NCBI GenBank assembly: GCA_046716885.1
Contig: JBKJWL010000238.1
Location: 30,830-94,829, forward strand
Direction: 5' to 3'
DNA: 64,000 nucleotides
Source of the DNA: Thermoanaerobaculia bacterium
GTDB lineage: Bacteria > Acidobacteriota > Thermoanaerobaculia > UBA5066 > Gp7-AA6
The notes beneath the pieces were generated by a model that saw only the letters and a list, made by a program, of their open reading frames with translations, searched no databases and had not been told where the DNA came from. A program made the position numbers and the translations under genes. Shown one piece after another: positions 48,508 through 59,211 of the stretch; position 1 is the first letter of the stretch, and each line of letters opens with the position of its first letter.

Positions 48508-51500
48508 ATGACTGACGAAAGCCGCCGAGAGACGAAGGACGCAGCCTCGACACCCGTGCCCGCGGACCTTGCCGCGCGCTCCGGGTCCGGCAAGCAGATT
48601 TTTCGCCAGCCGGGCCTGACGCCGGACACGATCCTCGCCGAACGGTTCCGGATCGTGCGCTTCATCGCTCGCGGCGGTATGGGTGAGGTCTACGAGGCGG
48701 AGGACCGGGTGCTCAAGGAGCGGGTCGCCCTGAAGACGATCCGCCCCGACGTCGCCGGCGACGAGCGGACGATGGAGCGCTTCCTGCGCGAGGTGCACCT
48801 GGCGCGCAGCGTCACGCACCCCAACGTCAGCCGCACCTTCGACGTGTTCCATCACGAGGGCTTCGCGTTCCTGACGATGGAGCTGCTCGCCGGCGAGACG
48901 CTGTCGGAACGCCTCTCGCGCGGCGGGCGCATGAAGCCGGAGGAGGCGCTGCCGCTCGTCGAACAGATGGCCGCGGCGCTCTACGCCGCGCACGAGGCGG
49001 GAATCATCCACCGGGATTTCAAGAGCGCCAACGTGATGCTCGTTCCCGACGAGCGCCGGGAGGGCGGCGTGCGCGTCGTCGTCACGGACTTCGGCCTGGC
49101 GCGGCGCAATCGGCCGGGCCGTGGGTCCGCTGCGCCGTTGACGGAGACCGAAGCCGTCCTCGGCACGCCCGACTACATGGCGCCCGAACAGATCGAGGGG
49201 CGCGAGCTCTCTCCGGCGACCGACGTCTACGCCCTCGGCATCGTGATGTACGAGATGGTCACCGGCGAGCCCCCTTTTCAGGGGGACACACCTCTCTCTG
49301 TAGCCTTGAAGAAGCTCAAGGAGGCCGCCCCCTCGCCGCGCGGGCGGGCGCCCGACCTTCCGCCGCTCTGGGAGAAGGCGATCCTGCGCTGTCTCGAGCG
49401 CAACCCGGCCGACCGATTTCCTTCCGCCGGCGACCTCGTCCGCGCGCTCCAGGGCGAGGAGATCCCGCCCGGGCCGGGCCAGCGGGCGCGGCGCCGCCGG
49501 AGAATCGCAGTCGTGGCGGCCGCGCTCTTGCTCGCCGCGGTTGCGGGGTTCCTCGTTCCGCGAATCGGGCGCCGGGCCCCGGCCGGATCTCCCCCCGCAG
49601 CCGCGAAGGCCCCGAGGCGCGCGATCGCCGTCCTCGGGTTCAGGAACCTCGCCCGCCGTCCCGAGGAGGCGTGGGTCTCGACCGCTCTGGCCGAGATGCT
49701 GACGACGGAGCTCGCCGCCGGCGAGAAACTCCGGGCGATCCCGAGCGAGGAGGTCGCTCGGATGAAGATCGATCTGTCGCTGCCCGAGGCCGACACGCTT
49801 GGACGCGACTCGCTCGAGCGAGTGCGCAACAACATCGGCGCCGACCTCGTCCTGCTCGGCTCGTATCTCGCCATGTCGTCGGAGGCCGGGGGCCCGATCC
49901 GTATCGACCTGCGGCTCCAGGACACGGGCGCCGGCGAGACGGTCGCCCTCGTATCGGAGAAGGGCACGCGGGCGGAGTTCGACGCCCTCGTGACGCGGGC
50001 GGGAGCGCAACTGCGCCAGAAGCTGGAGCTGCCCGCGGTCTCGGCCGCCGAGGCGGCTGCCGTCCGCGCCACGCTGCCCTCGAACCCCGAAGCCTCTCGC
50101 CTCTACGCGGAGGGCCTGGCAAAGCTGCGCCTGTTCGACGACACGGCGGCGCGCGATCTCCTCGAGAAGGCCGTCGCGGCGGACCCGCAGCACGCACTGG
50201 CGCACTCGGCCCTGGCCGCGGCCTGGTCCGCGCTCGGCTACGACAGCCGCGCACGCGAGCAGGGCAAGACCGCGTTCGACCTGTCGGGCAGCCTCGCGCG
50301 GGAAACGCGCCTCCTCGTCGAGGGGCGCTACCGCGCGATGAACAACGAGTGGGAACGGACGATCGAGATCTACCGCTCGCTCTTCACCTTCTTTCCCGAC
50401 AACACCGACTACGGCCTGCACCTGGCCAGCGCCCAGACGCGGGCGGGCCGCGGCAACGACGCGCTCGCGACGATCGCCGCGCTTCAGAAGGCGTTCCCGC
50501 GCGACGACGCACGTATCGCGCTCGCCGAGGCCGAGACGGCGCGGGCGCTGTCGGATTACCCGCGTGTGGAGAAGGCCGCCATCCGCGCGATCGCGATCGG
50601 CGGCGCGCAGGGGGCGCGCCTGCTCGTCGCCGGCGCGCTGCTCCTGCAGGCGAGCGCGCTGCGGAACACCGGGGACCCGAAGCAGGCCATGGTACCGGCC
50701 GAGGAGGCCCGCCGTCTTTACGAGGCCGCGGGAGACAGCGGAGGCGTGGCGGCAGCGTTCAATTCCCTTGGCAGCAGCCGCTATGACCAGGGCGACCTGC
50801 CCGGCGCGCGCAAGGCGTACGAAGGCGTGCTCTCGACGGCGCGTGCCATCGGGAACAAGCGCGCGGAGGCCGGGGCGCTCGACAACATCGCCAGCGTCGT
50901 CGGCGACCAGGGCGACCTGGCGACGGCGGAGCGGCTTTCCGAGCAGGCCCTGGCGATCTTCCGCGAGATCGACGACAAGGCCGGCGAAGCGGAAACGCTC
51001 AACAACCTCGGCGCGGGTCTCGTCGTCCAGGGCAACTTCCGCGGCGCGCGGGCGAGGTTCGAGGCTGCCCTCCCCCTCTACCTGGAGACGGGCGACGAGG
51101 GAGGCCTCGCGATCGCTCTCAATAACATCGCCGAGATGCGGGCCAACGAGGGCGACCTTGCGGGCTCGGCCGAGAGCTACGAGCGGTCGCTCAAGCTCTT
51201 TCGCGACTCGGGGCAGAAGTCCAAGGCGGTCTATCCGCTGGTCGGCCTCGCCGGCGTGCGCTTCGCGTCCGGCGACCTCGGGCAAGCCCGGAAGATGCTG
51301 GAGGAAGGCCTTCAGATCTGCCGGGAGGCCGACGACCGCCACGAGGAAGCGTACGTGTTGTCGGGGCTCGCCCGGATCGCGCTCGCCGGGGATCGCCCCG
51401 CCGAGGCGAGAAAGCGCTACGAGGAGGCCCTCGCGATCCGCTCGGAGATCGGCGAGGCCGGAGCCGCGGCCCAGAGTCTTCTCGAGATCGCGCGAGTGGC

Positions 51501-52005
51501 GCTCGAAGAAAGCAAATTCGACGAGGCCGCGGCGGGCGCGAACGCCGCGCTCGTCCAGATCCGGGCGCAGAAGCTTCCCGACGACGAGGTCTTCGGCCTG
51601 GCCGTCCTCGCGCGCGCCCTCGCCGGGAGCGCACACCTCGAGGAGGCGGGCAAGGTCGTGGACACGGCCCGCGATCTTGCCGCCAAGAGCCAGCACGAGG
51701 GCTCCCGCGGCGAGTTCCAGCTCGCCTCGGCGGTCGTCCGGGCCGCGCGCGGCGACGCGGCCGCAGCCCGGAAGACTCTCGAAGCGGCCGTCGCGCGCGC
51801 GAAACAGCACGGTGACCGCGCCTTCGAGCTGGAGGCGCGCCTCCAGCTCGGGAAGATCGAGGTGGCCTCGGACGCCGCCGCGGCCGGGCGCGTGCGGCTG
51901 GACGGCGTCGCGAAGGACGCGGCCGCGAAGGGCTTCCTCCTCGTCGCGCGAAAGGCGCGCGCGTCGAAGACGGCCATCTTTTCGGGCCGGGCCCCTACGA
52001 CATGA
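48508..52005 (+). CDS. Ser/Thr protein kinase fused via one TM segment to a long C-terminal TPR-repeat array
   Basis: The kinase motifs are GGMGEVYEAEDRV, VALKTI, HRDFKSANVML, DFGLAR and APEQ. A TM segment (IAVVAAALLLAAVAGFLV) follows, then ~800 aa of TPR-like repeats (AxxxLGxxxxxxGD/A...A periodicity). The ATG at 48508 is chosen. The antisense 1271 aa ORF is rejected. Confidence 0.9.
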   Translation: MTDESRRETKDAASTPVPADLAARSGSGKQIFRQPGLTPDTILAERFRIVRFIARGGMGEVYEAEDRVLKERVALKTIRPDVAGDERTMERFLREVHLARSVTHPNVSRTFDVFHHEGFAFLTMELLAGETLSERLSRGGRMKPEEALPLVEQMAAALYAAHEAGIIHRDFKSANVMLVPDERREGGVRVVVTDFGLARRNRPGRGSAAPLTETEAVLGTPDYMAPEQIEGRELSPATDVYALGIVMYEMVTGEPPFQGDTPLSVALKKLKEAAPSPRGRAPDLPPLWEKAILRCLERNPADRFPSAGDLVRALQGEEIPPGPGQRARRRRRIAVVAAALLLAAVAGFLVPRIGRRAPAGSPPAAAKAPRRAIAVLGFRNLARRPEEAWVSTALAEMLTTELAAGEKLRAIPSEEVARMKIDLSLPEADTLGRDSLERVRNNIGADLVLLGSYLAMSSEAGGPIRIDLRLQDTGAGETVALVSEKGTRAEFDALVTRAGAQLRQKLELPAVSAAEAAAVRATLPSNPEASRLYAEGLAKLRLFDDTAARDLLEKAVAADPQHALAHSALAAAWSALGYDSRAREQGKTAFDLSGSLARETRLLVEGRYRAMNNEWERTIEIYRSLFTFFPDNTDYGLHLASAQTRAGRGNDALATIAALQKAFPRDDARIALAEAETARALSDYPRVEKAAIRAIAIGGAQGARLLVAGALLLQASALRNTGDPKQAMVPAEEARRLYEAAGDSGGVAAAFNSLGSSRYDQGDLPGARKAYEGVLSTARAIGNKRAEAGALDNIASVVGDQGDLATAERLSEQALAIFREIDDKAGEAETLNNLGAGLVVQGNFRGARARFEAALPLYLETGDEGGLAIALNNIAEMRANEGDLAGSAESYERSLKLFRDSGQKSKAVYPLVGLAGVRFASGDLGQARKMLEEGLQICREADDRHEEAYVLSGLARIALAGDRPAEARKRYEEALAIRSEIGEAGAAAQSLLEIARVALEESKFDEAAAGANAALVQIRAQKLPDDEVFGLAVLARALAGSAHLEEAGKVVDTARDLAAKSQHEGSRGEFQLASAVVRAARGDAAAARKTLEAAVARAKQHGDRAFELEARLQLGKIEVASDAAAAGRVRLDGVAKDAAAKGFLLVARKARASKTAIFSGRAPTT

Positions 52006-52238
52006 ACGCGGCCTCCCGCCACTCGAAGACGGGGTCAGGTCTGGACTTTGTCCATCCGGGTGCAACCAGAACGTAGCGCTCCCCTCGTCCGCCTCGGCGA
52101 ATGAACAAAATCCGGACCTGAGGCAACCTGTCCCTTGCGCGTTCGCGCGCCCGAAACCTGCCCGAATGGACGGCTAACTTTTTGGACAGGAACGCGCGAC
52201 AATGGAGTGAAGTGTCTGCAGTCACAGGAGGTATCCGG

Positions 52239-54794
52239 ATGCGCCTGGCTTCGAGACTTCTGAGAGCGTTGGTCATTGTGTCCGCGGCGTCGACAGCCGC
52301 GGCGTCCGCGGCGGTCATTTACGTCAACGCCGGGGCGACCGGCTCGAACAACGGTTCGAGCTGGGCCAACGCCTACACCAGCCTCCAGTCGGGCCTGGCG
52401 GCCGCCGCGGCGCCCGACGAGATCTGGGTCGCCGCGGGGACCTACCGGCCGACGGCGACGGCCGACCGGACCGTGAGCTTCGCGCTGAAGAACGGCGTCG
52501 GCGTCTACGGCGGGTTCGACGGCACCGAGACGCTGCGGTCGCAGCGCGATCCCGTGGTCAACGTGACGATTCTCTCGGGCGACATCGGGACGCAAGGGGC
52601 CTCCAACGACAACAGCCACCACGTGGTGACGGCGGACGCGACGGTGACCTCCTCGGGAGTGCTCGACGGCTTCACCGTCACGGCCGGTCAGGCCGACGGA
52701 GGTAACCCCAACGACCGCGGCGCCGGCATGTGGATCAACGGCGGCAGCCCTACGCTCGCGCGCCTGATCTTCACCGGCAACTTCGCGACCGTGGAGGGCG
52801 GGGGCCTGCGGGTCACCAGCGGCTCGCCGATCCTCTTGAGCTGCGTGTTTCAGGGCAACTCGGTCGGCTTCGGAGGCCGCGGCGGCGGGCTTTACGCGCA
52901 GGGAGCCGGCAGCTCCATCACCGCGCAAAGCTGCATCTTCCAGTCGAACTCGATCTCGAGCGCCACGACCGGCGGCGGCGGCATCGAGACCTCGGGCGCT
53001 CCCGTCACGCTGATCAACTGCATCGTCGCGCAAAACAGCCCGAACGGCCTTGAGATCGTGACGGCCAACGGGAGCGTGCTCGACAACTGCACCTTCACGG
53101 CAAACACCGGCTACGGCGCGCGCTTCCTGACGAGCGTCGGCAACTCGATCGCGAACAGCATCTTCTGGGGAAACCTGACGGGCGAGCTGTGCCTCGGCGC
53201 GCCCTGCACGGGATCCGCCACCGTCACGTATAGCGACATCCAGGGCGGCGGCATCGCCGGCGCGGGCAACATCGACGCCGACCCACTCTTCCTGGCGGCG
53301 CCGGCGGACCTGCGCCCGGGCGCTCTGTCGCCCGTCGTGGACGCCGGCAACAACTCGCTCGTGCCCGGAGGCACGACGCTCGACGTGCGGGGCCTGCCCC
53401 GCTTCTTCGACGACCCCGATGTCCCCGACACGGGCGCCGGGCTGACCCCTCCCTATGTCGACATGGGCGCGTACGAGCGGATCCCAATCACCGTCTCCAC
53501 CCCCGTCAACGTGGTCGTCTGCTCGGGAAGTTCCGCCAGCTTTTCCGTAACCGCGGCCGGCCAGCCGACACTCACGTACCAGTGGCGCAAGAACGGGGTC
53601 AACCTCGGAAACGGCGGCACGGTCTCCGGAGCGCTCACCGACACGCTGACCATCGACCCGACCGTCTCAGGCGACTCCGGCAACTACGACATCGTCGTCA
53701 CCGACGGGTTCGGCCAGACCATCACGTCGGCGGCCGCCAGCCTGACGGTGAACACGCGCCCCACGGCCGCGGCCTCCGGCACGGCGACGATCTGCAACGG
53801 GGACTCCGTCCCGCTGACCGGCTCGGGCGGCGTGTCCTGCGCGTGGCTGCCGGTGACCGGCCTCTCGGATGCCGCGAGCTGCACGCCCACGGCCACGCCC
53901 CCCTCGACGACGAGCTATGGCCTCACCGTCACGGCCGCCAACGGATGCGCCTCGACCAACGTGGCGAGCGTGACGGTCACCGTCAACATCACGCCGGCGC
54001 TGCCGGTCATCACGGCCCCGCTCTCGGTGCCAGTCGGCGCCTCCGGAGCCTCCGCCAGCGTCGTGAACCACGCGGGCGCGAGCTGGACCTGGACGCTCTC
54101 AGGCGGCGTCATCACCGCCGGGCAGGGCTCGCGTCAGATCGTCTTCGACGCGGCTTCCCCGGGAACGACGATGCACTGCACAGTCACCGAGTCGGCGAGC
54201 GGCTGCACGTCGCCGATGGCGGAGAAGGACATCCAGGTGGACTTCCTGGACGTGCCTCCCACGAACCTCTTTCACGACTTTGTCAACACCGTCGCGCGCA
54301 ACGGCGTGACCGCCGGCTGCGGCGGCGGCAACTACTGCGGCGTGTCGAACATCACGCGTGCGCAGATGGCGGTCTTCCTGCTGAAGGCCAAGTACGGCGC
54401 CGCCTACGTCCCGCCCGCCGCGACGGGAGCCGTGTTCCTCGACGTGCCGTCGAACAGCTTCGCCGCGGCCTGGATCGAAGAGCTGGCTGCCCTCGGTGTG
54501 ACCGGCGGCTGCGGCGGCGGCAATTACTGCCCGACAAGTCCCGTCACGCGCGCACAGATGGCCGTCTTCCTGCTGAAGGCATCGATCGACGCGGCCTACG
54601 TGCCGCCCACTGCCACGGGGGGCGTGTTCACCGACGTCGCGGCGGGGTCGTTTGCCGCGGACTGGATCGAGGATCTCTTCGCCCGCACGATCACGGGCGG
54701 CTGCCTGACCAATCCGCTGCGCTACTGCCCGAGCAACAACAACAACCGGCAGCAGATGGCGGTATTCATCGTCAAGGCGTTTGCGCTGCAGTAG
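52239..54794 (+). CDS. Secreted surface protein: right-handed parallel beta-helix repeats, Ig-like domains and three C-terminal SLH (S-layer homology) domains
   Basis: It has a signal peptide ([16 protein letters not shown]) after AGGAGG. PbH1-like repeats ([12 protein letters not shown]..., [10 protein letters not shown]...) are present. Ig-like modules precede the SLH domains. The three SLH units each have FxDV...[11 protein letters not shown]...[12 protein letters not shown]. Confidence 0.8.
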   Translation: MRLASRLLRALVIVSAASTAAASAAVIYVNAGATGSNNGSSWANAYTSLQSGLAAAAAPDEIWVAAGTYRPTATADRTVSFALKNGVGVYGGFDGTETLRSQRDPVVNVTILSGDIGTQGASNDNSHHVVTADATVTSSGVLDGFTVTAGQADGGNPNDRGAGMWINGGSPTLARLIFTGNFATVEGGGLRVTSGSPILLSCVFQGNSVGFGGRGGGLYAQGAGSSITAQSCIFQSNSISSATTGGGGIETSGAPVTLINCIVAQNSPNGLEIVTANGSVLDNCTFTANTGYGARFLTSVGNSIANSIFWGNLTGELCLGAPCTGSATVTYSDIQGGGIAGAGNIDADPLFLAAPADLRPGALSPVVDAGNNSLVPGGTTLDVRGLPRFFDDPDVPDTGAGLTPPYVDMGAYERIPITVSTPVNVVVCSGSSASFSVTAAGQPTLTYQWRKNGVNLGNGGTVSGALTDTLTIDPTVSGDSGNYDIVVTDGFGQTITSAAASLTVNTRPTAAASGTATICNGDSVPLTGSGGVSCAWLPVTGLSDAASCTPTATPPSTTSYGLTVTAANGCASTNVASVTVTVNITPALPVITAPLSVPVGASGASASVVNHAGASWTWTLSGGVITAGQGSRQIVFDAASPGTTMHCTVTESASGCTSPMAEKDIQVDFLDVPPTNLFHDFVNTVARNGVTAGCGGGNYCGVSNITRAQMAVFLLKAKYGAAYVPPAATGAVFLDVPSNSFAAAWIEELAALGVTGGCGGGNYCPTSPVTRAQMAVFLLKASIDAAYVPPTATGGVFTDVAAGSFAADWIEDLFARTITGGCLTNPLRYCPSNNNNRQQMAVFIVKAFALQ

Positions 54795-54855
54795 GGGCGA
54801 CACGCGCCGTAAACCTTCCGGTGCCTCGCTCGTCCGGACCTTGAGGAGGCCTTTC

Positions 54856-56664
54856 ATGAACATCGAGGTCGAGCGGCTCCGGGCGCTCGCGGTCTGCGGG
54901 CTTCTCGGGTTGAGCGCGTCGCTTCAGGGGCAGAGCACGGGCTTGACCCCATTGACCGAGATGGGCCCCGCGACCTACCTCGGCTATTCGGGGGGCCTCT
55001 ATCCGGGGCAGTCCCACACGATGCCCGAGGCCCATGCCGCGGCCGGGGCCGCGCGGGCGGCGGCGATTCAGCCTCTCGACGGGAACGGCAGTCCGAGCGC
55101 GGCCGGCAAGATCGCCCTTCTCTCGATCGGCATGTCGAACACGACGCAGGAGTTCTGCTCGCAGAACGGCCTGCAGCCCTGCGCCTCCTGGACCTTCGTC
55201 GGACAGGCGCTCGCGGACCCCGAGGTCAACCACACGACCCTCGCGTTCGTCAACGGCGCCCGCGGCGGCCAGACCGCCATGACCTGGGACGATCCCGCCG
55301 ATCAAAACTACGATCGGGTTCGCGACGTGGACCTGGCCGGGCAGGGCCTGACCGAGGCGCAGGTGCAGGCCGCGTGGGTGAAAGTGGCCGACGCCACGCC
55401 GACGGTGTCGTTGCCGAACGCCGGCGCCGACGCCTATGCGCTGGAGACCCACATCGGCAACATCGCGCGGGCGCTGCGAGTCAGGTACCCCAACCTCCAG
55501 CTCGTCTTTCTCTCGAGTCGCATCTACGCAGGCTGGGCGACCACACAGCTGAACCCGGAGCCTTACGCCTACGAATCCGGCTTCTCGGTCAAGTGGGCGA
55601 TCCAGGCGCAGATCGACCAGATGGCAAACGGCGGAACGATCGTCGACCCGCTCGCGGGCGATCTGAACTACGGGACCGTGGCGCCGTGGATCGGCTGGGC
55701 GGCGTACCTGTGGGGCGACGGCCTCATTCCGCGCTGCGACGGCCTGGTGTGGGAGCAGGCGGACCTCCAGTCCGACGGCACGCACCCGTCCCAGTCCGGC
55801 GAAACGAAGGTCGGTGCGATGCTCTTGTCTTTCTTCAAGACCGACCCGCGCACTCGCGCATGGTTCCTCGCGCTCGGCGACACGGCCGTCTCACCTGCCT
55901 CCGGCTCCGCGGCCGGCGTCGCCGTCACGATCTCGGGCGTCGGGTTTCAGAACGGGGCGGCCGTCACCGTCGGCGCGCTCGACGCCACGGGAGTTACCGT
56001 GACGAGCACTTCGATCACCGCGACGACGCCGGCGCTCGCGGCCGGCACTCTCAACGATGTCGTCGTCACCAACCCCGACGCTTCCGCCGGCACCATTCCC
56101 GAGGGCTTCTTCGCGGATTTCATCGACGTTCCGGAAGCGCACTCTTTTCACGATTTCATCGAAACGATCTTCCGCGCCTCCGTCACGGCCGGCTGCAGCG
56201 CCGGCGCCTTCTGCCCCGACGACCCCATCACCCGCGCGCAGATGGCGGTTTTTCTCCTGAAGGCCCGCTACGGCGACTGCTTTGCCCCGCCGGCGGCGAC
56301 CGGCACGATCTTCGCGGACGTCTCCGCGAGCGATCCCTTCGCCGACTGGATCGAGCAGCTCGCTTCACTCGGTGTCACGGGAGGCTGTGGCGGCGGCAAC
56401 TACTGCCCGACCGCGCCGGTGACCCGCGCCCAGATGGCGGTGCTCCTCCTCAAGACGCTCCTCGGCCCGGGCTATGTCCCGCCGTTCGTCGCCCAGATCT
56501 TCGACGACGTGCCGCCGGGCGCCTTCGCATATGACTGGATCAACGACCTGTACGGCCGCGGCGTCACGGGCGGCTGCAGCGCCTCGCCGCTCCTCTACTG
56601 CCCCGCCAACTCCAACACCCGCGGGCAGATGGCGGTGTTCTTAGTCAGAGTCTTTGGGCTCTAG
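54856..56664 (+). CDS. Secreted protein with an N-terminal SGNH/GDSL-like hydrolase-type domain (tentative), an IPT/TIG-like domain and three C-terminal SLH domains
   Basis: The start [26 protein letters not shown] is a signal peptide after [20 protein letters not shown] resembles SGNH block [39 protein letters not shown] is IPT-like. There are three SLH repeats (FxDV..., TRAQMAV). Confidence 0.75.
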   Translation: MNIEVERLRALAVCGLLGLSASLQGQSTGLTPLTEMGPATYLGYSGGLYPGQSHTMPEAHAAAGAARAAAIQPLDGNGSPSAAGKIALLSIGMSNTTQEFCSQNGLQPCASWTFVGQALADPEVNHTTLAFVNGARGGQTAMTWDDPADQNYDRVRDVDLAGQGLTEAQVQAAWVKVADATPTVSLPNAGADAYALETHIGNIARALRVRYPNLQLVFLSSRIYAGWATTQLNPEPYAYESGFSVKWAIQAQIDQMANGGTIVDPLAGDLNYGTVAPWIGWAAYLWGDGLIPRCDGLVWEQADLQSDGTHPSQSGETKVGAMLLSFFKTDPRTRAWFLALGDTAVSPASGSAAGVAVTISGVGFQNGAAVTVGALDATGVTVTSTSITATTPALAAGTLNDVVVTNPDASAGTIPEGFFADFIDVPEAHSFHDFIETIFRASVTAGCSAGAFCPDDPITRAQMAVFLLKARYGDCFAPPAATGTIFADVSASDPFADWIEQLASLGVTGGCGGGNYCPTAPVTRAQMAVLLLKTLLGPGYVPPFVAQIFDDVPPGAFAYDWINDLYGRGVTGGCSASPLLYCPANSNTRGQMAVFLVRVFGL

Positions 56665-57413
56665 AGCCGCTGAAGCGGCACTCCGCGTGGCAACTCCGAC
56701 TCCCGCGACTGAATTTCCTCGGAACCCGGGTGAAACGGCCTACCCATTTCGTGCCGGATCATTCGTGCCGGATCAGGAGAGGGTCCGCGGTGATGCCTCG
56801 CGGAGCTTGAACCCTGGGCTCCAAGCCCCCGGAAGCACTTCTGCAAGGCTCGCCGGTAACGAGACTGACTTCCCCGCGGAATACCGACAACCTGACAGGC
56901 TTCGGGCCATGGCGCACCGCCGGCGATCTCCATAACGAGGGCGTCGATCCGGCGGCGTTCGAGGTGCTCACTCTCGCCGAAAAAGCGTCGAGCGAAGCGG
57001 CGCAGCCACAGAACCTGCAGCCGATCCAGATCGGGCGGCGACGTGCCCGCGGATGGCACGGAATGCCGAATTTCCAGCCCACGACGCCGCAGGCGGTCGC
57101 ACGCTTCACGGCAGGCGATGACGACGAACAGGCCTGCCCGAACTGTTTGGCCGTTGGCCCGGGCGATCAGATAGCTCACAACTGCATCGTCGATCACATC
57201 GTCGACGTCAGAGAACGGAACTCCGTATTGTCGAACCAGCCGGCGCCGGAGATACACGAGTGTCGCCTTGCTCGGCAGGATTTTCTCCTCGGTACCGATG
57301 AGCTCTGGAACCCCCTCTTCGGCCTGTTCAGTCTTTCCCAGCTTCGCTTGCTCGAAAGGCTTGAGGCGGACCGATTCTCCGCGATTCATTTTGGTCGTCT
57401 CGCTCGATTTCAT
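56661..57413 (-). CDS. RNA polymerase sigma factor, sigma-70/ECF-like, divergent
   Basis: A region-2-like segment [31 protein letters not shown] and a region-4 [44 protein letters not shown] are present. The start is ambiguous among ATGs at 57437, 57413 and 57389. There is no adjacent anti-sigma gene. Confidence 0.45.
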   Translation of the reverse strand: MKSSETTKMNRGESVRLKPFEQAKLGKTEQAEEGVPELIGTEEKILPSKATLVYLRRRLVRQYGVPFSDVDDVIDDAVVSYLIARANGQTVRAGLFVVIACREACDRLRRRGLEIRHSVPSAGTSPPDLDRLQVLWLRRFARRFFGESEHLERRRIDALVMEIAGGAPWPEACQVVGIPRGSQSRYRRALQKCFRGLGAQGSSSARHHRGPSPDPARMIRHEMGRPFHPGSEEIQSRESELPRGVPLQRL

Positions 57414-57501
57414 GAGAGAGCGTCTTCCTGTCGGCATCTTTTACGGATCTGAACATACCGGCGTCGTTGCCTGCGGAGCTTATCCCCAGAAAGGGGCTCA
57501 C

Positions 57502-59202
57502 ATGAAGAGAGAGTTCGTCCGCACCTGGTTCGTGTCCATGCTGAGCGCCGTAAGTCTCCTCGCGGGGGTTTCGTCGACCGCTGCTCAAACTCAGCCTCCG
57601 GACCTTTCCCTCTCCATGAACGCGCCGCCGACCGCTTCGGTGAACGTGAACTTCTCTTACCCCATCACCGTCAGCAACATCGGTGCCGGCCCCGCGACGG
57701 GTGTCATCGTCACCGATGTTCTTCCCCCCGGCCTGAGTTTCGTTTCGACGGGTTCGTCGGCCGGATGCGCCCCGAATGGCGCCGCCGCAACCGGCGTAAC
57801 GGTTACGTGTCCAGCGGGTACAGGCACGATCGCAGCCGGAGCCTCCGCCGTCGTCACCATCGTCGTCGTGACCCCGACGGGCGGCACTATTCTGAACGTT
57901 GCCGGCGCCGTCGCGAACGAGGCTGACTCGACGATGTCGAACAACTCGGCCACGGGCTCCACCGCGGTTAGTGCGCCTCCAGCCCCGGCGCTCTCCTCCC
58001 TGTCGCTGTTTCCCGCGAATCCCGCTGGAGGGGCGACCACGGTCGGCACCGTCACCCTGACTCTGGTCGCTCCGGTGGGAGGGGCCAGCGTGACGCTGTC
58101 GACCTCGGATGCGACCTTGGCGGTCGCTCCCACCAGCGTCATCGTGCCTGCCGGGGCCCTCTTCGCCAACTTCACGGTGGCGACATCCGTGGTGGGAGCA
58201 AATCGATCCTGCACGGTCAGCGGCGTCTACCTGGCAGTGACGAAGCAGGCGACCCTCACGGCAATCCCAATCACTCCTTCGTACACGAACTACGCTGGAA
58301 CCCCGAATACCACGGCGTTCCCGGGTGCCGACTGGGAAGTCGGGACAGAGTTCTATGCCGACAAGAACGGCTGGGTCACCGGGGTCAGGTTTTACAAATT
58401 GCTTGGAGAGTCAGTCAACCCAGCCCACATCGGTCGGCTATGGAACGGAAACACGACTGGAGCGGTTGGCCCTCCTTTGGGCACGGCGACTTTTCAGAGT
58501 GAAACCGCCGAAGGATGGCAGGAGGCGGAACTGAGTTCACCGGTGTACATCCTCGCCGGCCAGACGTACGTCGTCTCATACGGCTCGAACGTGTCGATTA
58601 CAAAATACGGGCTCGCTATAGCAAACGCCCCGCCGTTGTACTCCACCAGGGGCTGTTACGTCGCCGGCCGAGGGAATCCGCCCGCCTGCAATGTGGGCGC
58701 AACACCGGATAGCGCGACGAACTTCTGGGTCGATGTGCGGTTCCGTCCGGCAACCAAGACGATCTTCAACCTGCAGCTACCGCAGACGCCGGCTCCGAAC
58801 GGAGGCTCCACGTACGAAAACGCAACGAGATTCAGCTCCTCTCAAGACGGCCTAATTACGGCGCTTCGCTTCTTCAAGGTTCCAACCGAGACCGGATCCC
58901 ACACGGGCCGCCTGTGGAAGGATGACGGGACTCTGCTCGCAACGGTGACCTTCACATCCGAAACCGCCGCCGGCTGGCAGGAGAAGACCCTCACAACCTC
59001 CTACGCCGTCACTGCCGGGCTCGTCTATCGCGTCTCGTACACGTCGAACACGCAGACGGCGAAGACGACTAACGGGCTCGCTTCCGATGTCATCGATCCG
59101 CCTCTGACGGCAAGTGACGGCTACTTCGGAACACCGGGCGGCATCTTTCCGACAAACCTGCGACAGGACAATTTTTTCGCTGACATTCGGTTCTCGAAGT
59201 AG
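57502..59202 (+). CDS. Secreted protein with an N-terminal DUF11-type repeat domain and two DUF4082 domains
   Basis: It has a signal peptide (FVSMLSAVSLLAGVSSTAAQ). LSLSMNAPPTASVNVNFSYPITVSNIGAGPATGVIVTDVLPPGLSFV has a DUF11/CARDB-like pattern. The two DUF4082-like units are GTEFYADKNGWVTGVRFYK...TATFQSETAEGWQEAELSSPVYILAGQTYVVSY and ATRFSSSQDGLITALRFFK...TVTFTSETAAGWQEKTL...GLVYRVSY. Confidence 0.55.
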   Translation: MKREFVRTWFVSMLSAVSLLAGVSSTAAQTQPPDLSLSMNAPPTASVNVNFSYPITVSNIGAGPATGVIVTDVLPPGLSFVSTGSSAGCAPNGAAATGVTVTCPAGTGTIAAGASAVVTIVVVTPTGGTILNVAGAVANEADSTMSNNSATGSTAVSAPPAPALSSLSLFPANPAGGATTVGTVTLTLVAPVGGASVTLSTSDATLAVAPTSVIVPAGALFANFTVATSVVGANRSCTVSGVYLAVTKQATLTAIPITPSYTNYAGTPNTTAFPGADWEVGTEFYADKNGWVTGVRFYKLLGESVNPAHIGRLWNGNTTGAVGPPLGTATFQSETAEGWQEAELSSPVYILAGQTYVVSYGSNVSITKYGLAIANAPPLYSTRGCYVAGRGNPPACNVGATPDSATNFWVDVRFRPATKTIFNLQLPQTPAPNGGSTYENATRFSSSQDGLITALRFFKVPTETGSHTGRLWKDDGTLLATVTFTSETAAGWQEKTLTTSYAVTAGLVYRVSYTSNTQTAKTTNGLASDVIDPPLTASDGYFGTPGGIFPTNLRQDNFFADIRFSK

Positions 59203-59211
59203 GAGGCGCGC

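Noticed and set aside
48303-48515. 70 aa small ORF overlapping the start of the kinase-TPR gene
   Set aside because: It has a weak RBS and a low-complexity Ala/Gly-rich product. It is mentioned only as a possible leader ORF.
48250-52065. 1271 aa minus-strand ORF antisense to the kinase-TPR gene
   Set aside because: It has no motifs. The plus strand encodes unmistakable kinase catalytic motifs and TPR periodicity.
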